From: an uncultured Actinomycetota bacterium
GTDB taxonomy: Bacteria; Actinomycetota; Actinomycetes; Propionibacteriales; Nocardioidaceae
DNA: 64,000 bases
NCBI GenBank assembly: GCA_963843875.1
Contig: CAWJMC010000007.1
Span: 208,129-272,128, forward strand
Direction of reading: 5' to 3'
Shown: piece after piece, positions 1 to 14,243 of the stretch
How positions within the stretch are numbered: position 1 is the stretch's first letter
How the letters are laid out: every line of letters begins with the position of its first letter
Notes under the pieces: model-generated
The model's database searches: none
What the model was told of the DNA's origin: nothing
The model's input: only the letters and a program-made list of their open reading frames with translations
Position numbers and translations under genes: made by a program

Positions 1-384
1 GCGGGGAGGACGTCGATGGTGACGCCCGGCGACCTCGACCCGGTCACCCGGGCGTCACCTCGCAGCAGCCGGTGCCGCAGCCAGGCCCACGACCTGCGCG
101 TGGCGCCCCGCGCGGCACCACGACCGGCACGTCCCGGTCGAAGCGGTCGAGGGACGGCAGGTGCAGGTGGTCGTGGTGCAGGTGCGAGACCAGCACGAGG
201 TCGGCCCTGGCCGCCCGCGGCCGGCGGCACCGGCGTCGTGCGCCGCAGGTGGAAGAGCCGCGAGGTGAGCAGCGGGTCGGTGGCCACCAGCCGGTCCCCC
301 AGCTCGATCGACATCGAGGAGTGGCCCCACCAGGTGACGGCGAGCGGGTCCTGGCTCGACCGCGGTCGACTCCGTGCGGCTCAG
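1..384 (-). CDS. MBL-fold metallo-hydrolase (3' end runs off window; frameshifted)
   Basis: Minus-strand segments read VTWWGHSSMSIE and DLVLVSHLHHDHLHLPSL (HxHxDH metal motif); start approximate. Confidence 0.8.
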
Positions 385-2473
385 CGGGCGGAGCTCCGCG
401 GCCCGCTCGTCGGGCGCGGCCGGGCTCACGTCGCGCAGCCCGAGCTGCTCGAGCCGGCCGAGCAGCAGGCGGTGCACCGCGGAGCCGTCGAGCACCTCGC
501 CCGGCCCCGAGCTCCGGGAGCGTCCAGTGCTGCGGGGACCACCAGCAGCGCGTCGGTCTGCCAGCCGCCGAGGCCGCCGTGCGAGCCGACCAGCTCCTCG
601 AAGGCGCAGACCTCGCGCAGCTGGGGGTCGAAGCGGCCGAGGACCACGACGTCACCGACGTGCTGCTTGGCCTCGAGCGCGACCAGGTCGGCGGCGGCTC
701 GCGGGCCGTACGGCAGCAGCGGGTCGTAGCCCTCGCCGCCGGAGGTCCCGCCGTCCGGGGTGAGCTCGCGCCAGCCCTCGCGGTTGCGCACCACGATCGA
801 CGCCGTCCTCGCGTCGGGTCAGCACCAGCCCGACGTGGTCGCAGCTCGACCAGGCCGGGCACCAGCGCGGGCTGGCAGGCGTCGACCTGCTCGTCGCTGA
901 GCCGACCCGGCTCGTCGACGAGGTAGAGGTGCGCGATGCTGCCCGAGGCGACGACCTCGACCGCGGCGCGCCGGGTGGTCGGGGCCTGCTCGCCGTCGGC
1001 GGCGCTCGCTGCGCCGCGAGAGCAGGTTGACCGGGCCGAGCATCTCGGCCGGAGTGTGCCGCCGCCGGCCGCCGCCGGTCGCTGTCCAGCGGGCACCGCC
1101 GCGTCGACGAGGTCGTCGACGCAGGCGGCCAGCGTGCGGCCCTCGAGCTGCAGGAACGTGCTGCCCTGGGTCTGGCCGTGGTCGGAGACGACCACGATCT
1201 CGTAGTCGCGACCGACCTCCTCGGACAGCTCGGCGAAGAACTGGATCACCCGGTCGAGCCCCTCGAGCGTGCGCATCGACTCGGGCCGGGTCGGTCCGGC
1301 GTGGTGGGCGACCTCGTCGTAGTCGAGCATGTCGACGTAGACCACCGGGGCGCCGCGCGCCATCTGGTCGGCCACGATCGAGACGCTCAGGTCGCGCAGC
1401 ACCACCGTGGTCAGCCCGCGCAGGAAGACGAACGCCCCCATCCGGGAGACCCGCGGCACGACGTTGCGGCGCTGCTGGCGCCGCCCCTGGAACAGCTCGG
1501 TGAGGATCTGGCCGAGCTGAGCAGCACCGCGGAGCGGAACAGCCCGGTGCGCGAGGTGAAGAACGCCGCTGCACCCCGGTCGCCGGGCAGCCGGGCGTGG
1601 CTCATCGTCATCGCCTGCTGGGCAGCGTCGCCGGAGAACAGGTTGGCCACGCTCACCCCGCCGTGGGCGAGCAGGCCGCGTGCCGTCGGTGAAGTCCTGC
1701 TCCGCCACGGCCGCGTCGTCCGGGCTGCTGCACTCGAGCACCCGGCCGCGCTCCTTGTCGAACCAGCGGAACGCCGGGATCGCCGTGGTGTTGCCGTGCA
1801 GCAGCACCGCCTGCCCGGCCGGGGTGGTCGACGGCAGGCCGGTGTGCCACGGGTGCAGCCGGTGGCCGCCCGTCGCGCAGCAGCGCGGTCAGGTAGGGGA
1901 CCGCCCCGGCCGCGGCCGCCTGGCGCAGCAGCGGCTCGGCCACCCCGTCGAGCTGGACGACCAGCAGGCCCGGGCCGGCGACGTCGGTCCGCCTGGCGAG
2001 GCGGACCGAGCGGCCGAGCACCTGGGCGAGGAAGACCTCCTCGGAGCTGGAGTCGACGACCCAGTTCAGCACCGACGGCGACCACGGCGACGCCCAGCGC
2101 GGCGAGGAAGACCTGGGGGAGCGGGATCGGCTCGACGCTGGGCACCAGCGCCAGGGCCAGGGCCGAGCACGACCGACTGGGTGACCAGGCCCGCCAGCAG
2201 GAGCCCGAGACCACCGAGCAGCACGGCCAGCTGGGTGATGAAGGGCCGCAGCAGCGCGCCGACCACCAGCACGGTGACCACCAGGGTGGCCACGGTCTCC
2301 AGGCCGTTGCCGCTGACCTGCTCGCCCGGGCAGCACTCCGAGCGTGACGGCGAGCGCGGCGAAGGAGACCAGGAAGGAGCGGACCACCCCGCAGCAGCCA
2401 GCGCCAGGTCGGGCGCCAGCGTCGAGATGCTGCGCGGCAGGGCCAGCTCGCCGACCGTCGAGCCCCTACGCAC
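381..2473 (-). CDS. Membrane protein: N-terminal 'phage holin/DUF360-like' TM region fused to alkaline phosphatase/nucleotide pyrophosphatase-superfamily domain (frameshifted)
   Basis: Hydrophobic helices (VRSFLVSFAALAVTLGVLPG), LVVQLDGV, LPSTTPAGQ, YVDMLDYDEVAHHAGP, VVSDHGQTQG, FEELVGSHGGLGGWQ spread over several frames; ends approximate. Confidence 0.75.
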
Positions 2474-2545
2474 CCGCGACCCTTCACGGGCCGTACGGCC
2501 CCGCTGCGAGGCCGCGCGGGGCGGTATCGTGGGAGGGTGTGGCCC

Positions 2546-5106
<2,561 letters not shown>

Positions 5107-5135
5107 GTCCGACACCCCGACACGCAGGAGACCTC

Positions 5136-5893
5136 GTGGCAGAACCAGGTCCGACCGCCCAGCGGGTGCTCGTCGTCGACGACGACGCGGCGCTGGCCGA
5201 GATGCTGGGCCTGGTCCTGCGCAACGAGGGTTTCGACGAGCCGGATCGCGGCCACGGGCGACACCGCCCTGGCCGCGTTCCGCGACTACCGTCCCGACCT
5301 GGTGCTGCTCGACCTGATGCTGCCCGGCAAGGGCGGGATCGAGGTGTGCCGCGAGATCCGGGCCGAGTCCGGGCGTGCCGATCGTGATGCTGACGGCCAA
5401 GAGCGACACCGTGCGACGTGGTGGCCGGCCTCGAGTCCGGAGCCGACGACTACGTCGTCAAGCCGTTCAAGCCCAAGGAGCTGCTGGCCCGGATCCGGGC
5501 CCGGGTCCGGCGCACGCCGGAGGAGCTCGACGCAGGTCGACGCGGTCACCCTCGAGATCGGCGACCTGAGCGATCGACGTGGCCGGGCACGCCGTGACCC
5601 GCGACGACGGGGAGGTGCTCTCGCTGACTCCGCTGGAGTTCGACCTGCTGGTCTGCCTGGCCCGCAAGCCGTGGCAGGTGTTCAGCCGCGAGGTGCTCCT
5701 CGAGGAGGTCTGGGGCTACCGGCACGCGGCCGACACCCGGCTGGTCAACGTGCACGTGCAGCGGCTGCGGGCCAAGGTCGAGCATGACCCGGAGAACCCC
5801 GAGATCGTGCTGACCGTGCGCGGCGTCGGCTACAAGGCGGGCGGCCGGACCGGCGGGAACCGACGGCACGATGGCCCGCCTGAGCGGGGCTGA
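5136..5893 (+). CDS. mtrA: OmpR-family response regulator MtrA (frameshifted)
   Basis: [64 protein letters not shown]; position upstream of mtrB-lpqB. Confidence 0.95.
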
Positions 5894-7591
5894 TGGCCCC
5901 CCGGTGCCGGCGCCCACCGCGAGGCCCGCGAGCCGCTGCGCTCGCTCGTCGCCCGCGGGCTGACCGTGTGGCGGCGATCGGTGCAGGCCCGGGTCGTGGT
6001 CTCGGTGCTGCTGCTCTCGGCGATCGTCGTCGGGATCGTCGGCTGGGTGCTGCTGCGCCAGATCACCGGCGGACTCGTCGACAACCGGGTGCGGATCTCG
6101 GTGGCCGAGGCCCGCAGCGAGACCTCCGTCGCGACCGAGCGGCTGCGCCAGGCCGGCACCGGCGACTACGACCCCAACACCCAGCTGCGCCAGCTGATCG
6201 ACAGCCTCGTCGAGCGGGGCAAGGTCCGGGGGTTCGGCGTCGTCGTGGTCGGGCCCGGTGGCCGGAGGTGCTCCGGAGCAGGGCTCGGGGATCGGCACCC
6301 GGACCAGCTCCGACGTCCGCGCGAGCAGCGTGCCGACGGACCTGCGCGCGCTCCATCGACCGGGACCCCGGCTCGGCCTGGGCCTTCACCCGGATCGTCA
6401 ACGACACCGGCACGCACGACGCCCGGGCGTCGTGGTCGGCGACCAGATCGTGCTGCCCGCCGACGGTGGCAGCTACGACCTGTTCCTGCTCTTCCCGATG
6501 ACCGAGGAGCAGGACACCCTCGGCTCTGCTGCGCGGCTCGCTGCTCACGGCCGGCGTCCTGCTGCTGCTGCTCGTGGCCGGGCTGTCGTGGCTGGTCACC
6601 CGGCAGGTGGTCACCCCGATCCGGCTGGCCCGGCAGGTGGCGGAGCGGATCGCCTCCGGCCGCCTCGAGGAGCGGGTCGAGGTCACCGGTCAGGACGACA
6701 TCGCCCGGCTCGGGGTCTCGTTCAACCAGATGGCCGACGAGCTGCAGCGCCAGATCCGTCAGCTCGAGGAGCTGTCCCGCTTCCAGCAGCAGTTCGTCTC
6801 CGACGTCTCCCACGAGCTGCGTACGCCGCTCACCACCGTGCGGATGGCCGGCGACGTGCTGCACGACGAGCGCGAGCGGTTCGACCCGATGACCGCCCGC
6901 GCCGCCGAGCTGCTGCAGGCCGAGCTCGACCGGTTCGAGAACCTGCTGGCCGACCTGCTCGAGGTCAGCCGGTTCGACGCCGGGGCGGCGGTCCTCGACC
7001 TCGACGAGGTCGATCTCGAGGCCGTGGTGCGCCGGGTGGTCGAGGCGACCAGCCCGCTGGCCGACCGGCGCGGGGTGCGGGTGCTGGGTGCGCGCCGAGG
7101 GCGCCTGCGTGGCCGAGGCCGACGTACGCCGGGTCGAGCGGATCGTGCGCAACCTGCTCACCAACGCGATCGACCACGCACCCGACAGCGAGATCGAGAT
7201 CCGACTGGCCGTCCGACGACGACACCGCGGCGCTTGTCGGTGCGCGACCACGGCGTGGGCCTGCGACCGGGCGACAGCGACCGGGTGTTCAACCGCTTCT
7301 GGCGGGCCGACCCGGCCCGCGCCCGCACGACGGGTGGCACCGGGCTCGGCCTGGCCATCTCCCTGGAGGACGCCCGGCTGCACGGCGGTGACCTGCAGGC
7401 CTGGGGGCGCCCGGGCGAGGGCGCGCTGTTCCTGCTCACCCTGCCCCGCCGGGCCGGCGAGTCCGTCTCCGACCAGCCCGCTCCCGCTCGTGCCGACCGT
7501 CACCGGCTCGGCGGAGCCCGCGGCGCCCGGCCGACCTCAGGACCGGGGTCGCCGGGCCGGGACCGCGCGGCCCGTGACGGTGCGCCGATGA
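5893..7591 (+). CDS. mtrB: Sensor histidine kinase MtrB (frameshifted)
   Basis: WRRSVQARVV TM start, HAMP region, FVSDVSHELRTPLTT H-box, FWRADPARARTTGGTGLGLAI. Confidence 0.93.
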
Positions 7592-9428
7592 GCGCGGCGT
7601 CCGGCTGCTGGTCGCTGGCGCCTGGCGCTGGCGCTGCGTGCTCGGCGGCGTGCAGCGCTCTGCCCGAGTCGGGCCCGGTCCACCGGGACGGCGACACCGA
7701 CTCGCAGGTCGGCGTCGACTCGGCCCGCTTCACCGCACCCGGTCCCGGGCAAGGGTGACGCACCGATCCAGATCGTCAACGGCTTCCTGACCGCGATGAC
7801 GGCCAACCCGGCCGTCGCCGTCGCCGGCCCGCAGCTTCTTGACCAAGCGGGCTCGAGCCGAGTGGAACCCGGTCGCCTCGACCCTGGTCTACCGCTCCGC
7901 GACGCGTCAGCGCCGGGGTCGGGGCGACGGTGGACGCGAAGCTCGCGACCGCGCACCGGCTCGACGCCCGGGGCGGCTGGCTGGGACGACGCGGGCGACG
8001 GCGCCGGGCGGCTCAGCCTCGACCATGGTCCGGGAGCGAGGGTGAGTGGCGCATCGCCAACCCGCCCAACGCGCTGCTGGTGCCGGAGTACTTCCTCGAG
8101 CAGGAGTACCAGCCCTACAACCTCTACTTCTTCGACCAGACCCAGCAGATCCTGGTCCCGGACCGGGTCTACGTGCCCGCGCGGCGAGCAGACCGCGTCG
8201 CAGCTGGTCCGCGCCCTGCTCGAGCGGCCCCAGCGCCGACGCTGGCCCCGGTCACGCGCACCGAGTTCCCGGCCCGCACCGAGCTCGACCTGTCGGTCTC
8301 GGTCTCCGCCGACGGCACGGCGCGAGGTGCCGTTGAGCCGACGAGCTGCTGCGTCTCCCGCCGGCGAAGCTGAAGCGCGCCGCGGCCCAGCTGTCCTGGA
8401 CGCTGCGCCAGGTGCCGGGGGTCAGCGGGATCCGGATGGCCGTCGACAACGCGCCGGTCCCGGTCGCAGGAGGCACGCGAGGGCACCGAGACCCAGGCGG
8501 CCGATGCCTACGCCCCGACCGGCCGACGGCGCTCCGACCAGGTCTTCTCCCTGGCCAAGGGCCGGCTCTCGGTGCTCGACCCGATCGGGACCCGACCCAC
8601 CACCGCCGAGCCGGTCAGCGGTCCGTTCGGGCGGCCGGGCTACGCGCTGCGCAGCTTCGCGGTCTCGCTCGACGGGCTCGCACGGTCGCGGCGGTGACCG
8701 CCGACGGGCGGCCGTGCTGCGCGCCCGGTTGCGCGCCTGCCGCAAGGCGCGCCGAGCGAGCACGGCCGGCAGACCTCGACGGCGCCGCGCCGCGTCTACT
8801 CCGGCACCGACCTGCTGCCCCCGGCGTACGACGCGCTCGGGCGACCTGTGGCTGGTCGACCGCACGCCGAGCGGCGCCCGGGTGGTCGAGGTCTCCGCGA
8901 CCGGCACCCAGGTGGTCGACGTGCCCGGGGATCAGCGGTCGCGCGGTCAAGGCCTTCCTGGTCAGCCGGGCCGGCACCCGGCTGGTCGCGCGATGTGGCC
9001 TCGGCGGTCGGGTCCGGCAAGGGCGCGCCGGGTGCGCTCGTCACCGCCGACCTCGCTGCGCAGCCCGAGCGGTGCCCTGGTCCGGGCCGTGCCGGCCCAG
9101 CACGGCGCGTGCCGTCCGGGACTGGGCGACCTGGTCGGCCTGGCCTGGTGGTCGCCCGAACGACGTCGCGGTGCTCGGGCACGCCGACCGAAGAACCGCT
9201 CCCGGGTCGCGCTGGTCAGCCTCGACGGCTCGCCCGGTGACCCGCGCACGGCCGTCGCCCGACACCTGGCCCGGCAGCGCGCTCGGGCCTGGTCGGCGCG
9301 CCGGACCGCAGCGCGACGCTCTACCTGGTCACCGCAGACGGGCCGGCTGCGCTCCCTCGACCCCGCGGGCCTGTGGCGCCGTACCGGGCGTCGGCGCCGG
9401 CCAGGTCGCCCCGGCGTACGTCGGCTGA
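7588..9428 (+). CDS. lpqB: Lipoprotein LpqB (GerMN + beta-propeller; many frameshifts)
   Basis: Lipobox-like SAAC-SALPESGPV, GEWRIANPPNALLV, YFFDQTQQILVPDRVYVP; synteny with mtrAB. Confidence 0.82.
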
Positions 9429-9505
9429 GCGGGGATCCAGCAGCCGGGCGCTGGTCCACAGCCTTCGGCCGCTGCGCGGACGCCGGTGCGGCCAGCATCG
9501 TCGGC

Positions 9506-10253
9506 GTGATCGATGCCTGGCTGGACCTGGTCGACCGGATCGGCGTGCGTGGGCTGCCGACGTCCGGGCCGGCTGCTCTGCGCGGAGTGTGCGCGCCGCG
9601 CTGCCCGGCGCGGGCGCACCTCACGCCGCCCGACGCCCTGCCCGCCCGGTCTGGCCGAGTGCTGGGTCGCCGCCGACTACGACGCCGCGGTGCGCGCGAT
9701 GGTGCTGGCGCACAAGGAGCGCCGAGCGTTCGCCCTGGCCCGACCGCTCGGCGCGCTGCTGGCCGCGGCGGCGCAGGGGCGTGGTCGCCCGGCCCAGCCT
9801 GGTCGGAGCCCGCGTGCTGCTGGTGCCGGTGCCCTCGAGGCCGGAGGTGGTGCGCGCGCGCGGCCACGACCCGATGCGCCGGATCGTGCACCCGGGCGCG
9901 GCTCGACTGCTCCGCGCCGAGGAGTACGACGTCGCCCGTGTCGAGCTGCTGCGCCAGCCCGGACGTCCGGCGGACCAGTCCGGTCTCGACGCCGACCAGC
10001 GCCGGTGCAACCTGCACCGGCACGATGGCCGCCGGCGGCCCGGCCCTGCGCCGCCTCGCCCGCAGTGGTGACCGAGGTGGTCGCCGTGGTGTGCGACGAC
10101 GTGCTCACCACGGGCTCCACGGCCCGCGAGGCCCAGCGCGCGCTGGCCTCGGTCGGTGTGCCGGTCGCGGGCATCGCCTGCGTGGCCGGCACCGTGCTCC
10201 GGCACCCGACGCCGACCGGACGGACGGTGGACCCGCCACCGCGCACGCACTAA
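9506..10253 (+). CDS. comF: ComF family protein (Zn-finger + PRTase fold; frameshifted)
   Basis: CVGC..LCAEC, MVLAHKE, VPVPSR..RARGHD, VVCDDVLTTGSTAREA; lies between lpqB and hpf. Confidence 0.88.
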
Positions 10254-10359
10254 CGTCGTTGCATGAGCGCACAAGCCAGCTGAGACGACCCGGGAGCCAC
10301 GTCGGTCCCGGGTCTGCGCGTCTCATGGCTGGTCCTGAGCAAACGAGGAGGTCGATGGC

Positions 10360-10971
10360 GTGGACGTTGTGGTCAGCGGACGGCACTGTGAGGTCTCGGA
10401 GCGATACCGGGAGCATGTCGAGGACAAGCTCACCCGGTTGGAGAAGCACGACCACCGGTTGATCCGGGTCGACGTGCTCCTGGAGCAGGACTGCAGCCCC
10501 AAGCCCGCCGAGGCGGTGCGGGTCGAGCTGACCGCGAAGTCCCGGGGGCCGGTGGTGCGTGCGGAGGCGGCCGCCGAGGACAAGATGGCCGCCCTGGACC
10601 TGGCCCTGGACAAGATGGCTGCGCAGATGCGCCGGGCTGCCGACCGGCGCAAGGTGCACAAGGGGCGCACCGCGAAGGCCGGCCAGCCGGCGATGGCGAC
10701 GCCGAGCGAGCTCGACGGGGCCTTCGACGACGAGTCCCTCGTGCACAAGGCCGGACCGGTCACCGTGACCGGCGACGGCCCGCTCGTGGTGCGGGAGAAG
10801 GAGCACGAGGCGGCGCCGATCTCCCTCGAGCAGGCGCTCTACGAGATGGAGCTCGTCGGCCACGACTTCTACCTCTTCGTGGACGCGGAGACGCACAAGC
10901 CGTCGGTGGTCTACCGCCGTCGCGGATACGACTACGGGGTGATCTCACTGGCTGTGGCAGCGAGTGTCTGA
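10360..10971 (+). CDS. hpf: Ribosome hibernation promoting factor (long HPF/RaiA)
   Basis: MDVVVSGRH..., C-terminal EQALYEMELVGHDFYLF..SVVYRRRGYDYGVI; GAGGAGG upstream. Confidence 0.95.
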   Translation: MDVVVSGRHCEVSERYREHVEDKLTRLEKHDHRLIRVDVLLEQDCSPKPAEAVRVELTAKSRGPVVRAEAAAEDKMAALDLALDKMAAQMRRAADRRKVHKGRTAKAGQPAMATPSELDGAFDDESLVHKAGPVTVTGDGPLVVREKEHEAAPISLEQALYEMELVGHDFYLFVDAETHKPSVVYRRRGYDYGVISLAVAASV

Positions 10972-11049
10972 CTCGGATTCCGCAGCGATTCCTGGACGGG
11001 TCCCCCCGTTTACGGGCAAGCCCGGCGCGGTTCTGCGAAGATGCGGCCC

Positions 11050-11748
11050 GTGGCAGTCCCCGATGGTCCCGTCGCGCCCCGCCAGGGCGTTGAGCCCATC
11101 CGCGTCGTGGTGGTCGACGATCAGGAGCTCTTCCGGCGTGGGCTGACCATGCTGCTCGGGGTCGAGTCGGACATCGAGGTGGTGGGGGAGGCCGGCGACG
11201 GCCTGCACGCCCCGGACCTGGTGGCCGAGGTGGCGCCCGACGTCGTCCTCCTCGACGTACGCATGCCCAAGCGCACCGGCCTCGAGGCCTGCATCCACAT
11301 CAAGGAGCGGGTGCCGACCGCTCGGATCATCATGCTCACGGTCAGCGACGAGGAGGCCGACCTCTACGAGGCGGTCAAGAACGGCGCCTCGGGCTACCTG
11401 CTCAAGGACTCCTCGATCGACGAGGTCGCGCAGGCGGTCCGCGTGGTCGCGGAGGGTCAGTCACTGATCAGCCCGTCGATGGCGGTCAAGCTCCTCGACG
11501 AGTTCAAGCAGATGTCGCGGGCCGACAAGGACCAGGTGCCGACCCCGAGGCTCACCGACCGCGAGCTCGAGGTGCTCAAGCTCGTGGCCACGGGCCAGAA
11601 CAACCGCGAGGTCGCCAAGCAGCTGTTCATCAGTGAGAACACCGTCAAGAACCACGTTCGCAACATCTTGGAGAAGCTCCAGCTGCACTCCCGGATGGAG
11701 GCCGTGATGTACGCCGTGCGCGAGAAGCTGCTGGAGCTCCCCGAGTAG
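11050..11748 (+). CDS. NarL/LuxR-family response regulator (orphan)
   Basis: IRVVVVDDQELFR receiver domain, LTDRELEVL..LFISENTVKNHVRNILEKL HTH; start may be 11041. Confidence 0.93.
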   Translation: MAVPDGPVAPRQGVEPIRVVVVDDQELFRRGLTMLLGVESDIEVVGEAGDGLHAPDLVAEVAPDVVLLDVRMPKRTGLEACIHIKERVPTARIIMLTVSDEEADLYEAVKNGASGYLLKDSSIDEVAQAVRVVAEGQSLISPSMAVKLLDEFKQMSRADKDQVPTPRLTDRELEVLKLVATGQNNREVAKQLFISENTVKNHVRNILEKLQLHSRMEAVMYAVREKLLELPE

Positions 11749-11791
11749 CCGGACCCCGGCGGCCCCTCGATCCCGGCTGCTCGACGGGTCG

Positions 11792-12700
11792 TCAGTGCGG
11801 CGCGCGGAGCCTGTCGGTCGTGTAGGCGGCCAGCTCCGTCGGCAGTGCGGCCCCGTGGAGCACCGCGGCCTGGGTGCTGACCGGCGTCAGGATGTCGGCC
11901 GTGGCACGTGCGGCTTCGAGCAGACCGGCGTGGTCCAGGCCGGCGACGGTGGCCTCGATGCCGGGGGGCAGGAGGCGCGGGTCCTGGTCCAGGACCTGGG
12001 ACAGTCCGTGCCACGGGTAGAGGGCGCCGGTGGCGGCCGCCCACAGCATCCACACGCGGTCGCGTGCCTCGTGCAGCCGCTGGTGGGCCTCCCACGCCGA
12101 GCGTCGGTGCAGGTACTTGCTCGCGTCGCCGAGGGCGACCCAGCCGAGGAAGGCCCAGGTGTAGATCGCCTCGCTCGTGACGGTGTGAGCGTCCGGGAAC
12201 CCGGCGACCTCCGGGCCTCCGGGCCCGGCGTCCGCATGCTCCGGCGCAGCACTGCGGTACAGCGAGACGAAGTCCGGGGCGGCCGCCCCACGGCGTACCT
12301 CGGTCTCGGCCATCACGGCCAGGTCGAGCTGGACGCCGTCGCTGAGCTGGGCGAACACGCGTCGGATGAAGCGGTCCGGCGGCCCGGTCCGGTCCCGCAG
12401 CACACCGATGAGCGAGTCGCCGGCCGACAGGGCGCTCGCGACGACATCCTCGACGCGGAGCACCTCCGCCGCGCCGGGTGCGCCCTGGACGGTGTCGACC
12501 CCCAGGGCCGCGTCGACGTCGGACAACGCGTCGCCGGCACCCCGGCCGAGGGAGCAGCCGACCGACAGCGAGCGCACCGACGTGGTCGCGACGCACAGGT
12601 CGAGGAGGCGGCCCAGCAGGGCCTGCTGCTTGCGCATCCCAGGTGGCAGCGCCGCCACCCAGCGACGACCTGCGTCGGTCGTCGCATCGTCATCCGGCAT
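11792..12700 (-). CDS. Pol-beta superfamily nucleotidyltransferase-domain protein
   Basis: VGCSLGRGAGDALSDVDAAL (GS..DxD) plus QLDLAV; helical C-terminal domain; start may be 12727. Confidence 0.7.
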   Translation of the reverse strand: MPDDDATTDAGRRWVAALPPGMRKQQALLGRLLDLCVATTSVRSLSVGCSLGRGAGDALSDVDAALGVDTVQGAPGAAEVLRVEDVVASALSAGDSLIGVLRDRTGPPDRFIRRVFAQLSDGVQLDLAVMAETEVRRGAAAPDFVSLYRSAAPEHADAGPGGPEVAGFPDAHTVTSEAIYTWAFLGWVALGDASKYLHRRSAWEAHQRLHEARDRVWMLWAAATGALYPWHGLSQVLDQDPRLLPPGIEATVAGLDHAGLLEAARATADILTPVSTQAAVLHGAALPTELAAYTTDRLRAPH

Positions 12701-12895
12701 CGTCGTCCCTGCCTCGGCTGGTCGCATCCTGCTCACCTCGAGCGTGTCCCGCGGTCCCACCTTGGCAGGTGGGCGAGCCCGGCCGGACTTCTCACGGTGA
12801 GCGAAGAGCCAGAACGAGGGACCCGGGCCCTCGTCCACCCCGACACGTGACCTACGCCCGAGCAACGACCGGACGGGGCGCATAGCCTGCTCGGC

Positions 12896-14101
12896 ATGCC
12901 CGCACCCGAGTCGCTGAGCCGAGCCCAGGCCCGCCGGATCACGCTGGTCGCGCAGGGGTTCCGCGACCCGCGGCACGCGGTGGCGACGATGCGCACCTTC
13001 GATCGCACGCTGGCGCGCACCGGGGTGCTCCAGGTCGACTCGGTCAACGTGCTGCAACGGGCGCACTACATGCCCCTGTTCTCCCGGATGGGGCCGTACG
13101 ACGTCGACCTGCTGCGTCGCGCGTCCGAGCGTCGTCCACGTCGGATGGTGGAGTACTGGGCGCACGTGCAGGCGTTCATGCCGGTCGAGCTGTGGCCGGT
13201 CATGGCGCACCGGATGGCGCACTACCGGCTCGAGCCGCGCTGGCACGGCGAGCGGGACTCGGCCCTGACCTCGCGGCTGCTGCGGGAGGTGCGGGCCGGC
13301 GGCCCGGCCACCGCACGCGATCTCGACGACGGTGCTCCCCGCACGAAGGACCACTGGGGCTGGAACTGGTCGCAGACCAAGCGCGCGCTGGACTACCTCT
13401 ACCTCGTCGGCGACCTCGCGATCGCCGGTCGCAACCCGGCCTTCGAGGCGGTCTACGACATCGCCGAGCGGGTGCTCCCGGCCGTCGTGCTGAGGATGCC
13501 GACGCCGTCACCGCAGGAGTCCGCTCGTGAGCTGGTGCGTCGGGCCGCCCGCTCGCACGGGGTCGGGACCGAGCAGTGCCTGCGCGACTACTACCGGATG
13601 TCACCGGCCGCAGCGAAGCCGGCGATCGCCTCGCTCGTCGACGACGGCGAGCTGGTGCCGGTGGCGATCGAGGGCTGGCACCGCCCGGCGTACCTGCACC
13701 GTGACGTGGCCGACCTGGGACTGCCGCGCAAGGTGGACGCCCGCGCCCTGCTCAGCCCCTTCGACCCGGTGGTGTGGGAGCGCGAGCGCGCGGAGCGGCT
13801 CTTCGGCTTCCGCTACCGGATCGAGATCTACGTGCCGGCGCCCCAGCGCGAGCACGGCTACTACGTGCTGCCGTTCCTGCTCGGCGATCGGCTGGTGGGC
13901 CGGGTCGACCTCAAGGCCGACCGCAAGCGCGGCGCCCTGGTGGTCCAGGGCGCCTACGCGGAGGAGCACGCCCCGGCGGAGACCTCCTTCGAGCTCGCCG
14001 CGGAGCTGCGTGACCTCGCGCGCTGGCTGGGTCTCGAGGAGATCCTGGTGGCGCCCCGGGGTGATCTGGCGACCCCGCTGGCGGCGGAGCTGGCGGACTG
14101 A
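12896..14101 (+). CDS. YcaQ/AlkZ-family (HTH_42) DNA crosslink-repair glycosylase
   Basis: LQVDSVNVLQRAHY, EYWAH, LLSPFDPVVWER, YRIEIYVPAPQREHGYYVLPFL. Confidence 0.9.
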   Translation: MPAPESLSRAQARRITLVAQGFRDPRHAVATMRTFDRTLARTGVLQVDSVNVLQRAHYMPLFSRMGPYDVDLLRRASERRPRRMVEYWAHVQAFMPVELWPVMAHRMAHYRLEPRWHGERDSALTSRLLREVRAGGPATARDLDDGAPRTKDHWGWNWSQTKRALDYLYLVGDLAIAGRNPAFEAVYDIAERVLPAVVLRMPTPSPQESARELVRRAARSHGVGTEQCLRDYYRMSPAAAKPAIASLVDDGELVPVAIEGWHRPAYLHRDVADLGLPRKVDARALLSPFDPVVWERERAERLFGFRYRIEIYVPAPQREHGYYVLPFLLGDRLVGRVDLKADRKRGALVVQGAYAEEHAPAETSFELAAELRDLARWLGLEEILVAPRGDLATPLAAELAD

Positions 14102-14243
14102 TCGGTAGGGGGTGCTGAGACTGATGGGGCAGAAATAGTCCAAAACCATGCATTGTGACGTACTGTCATGCCGGATCGCTCGCGACACGCCGTTGTCCGG
14201 GTCGTGAACAGCACTGTCGTCGTCTCAGCATCGGGGAAGCATC

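Noticed and set aside
14102-14243. c-di-AMP (ydaO) riboswitch before the cell-wall hydrolase
   Set aside because: The conserved GCUGAAUCC/GGGGAACC/GUCAGCUAAC-type blocks are not visible
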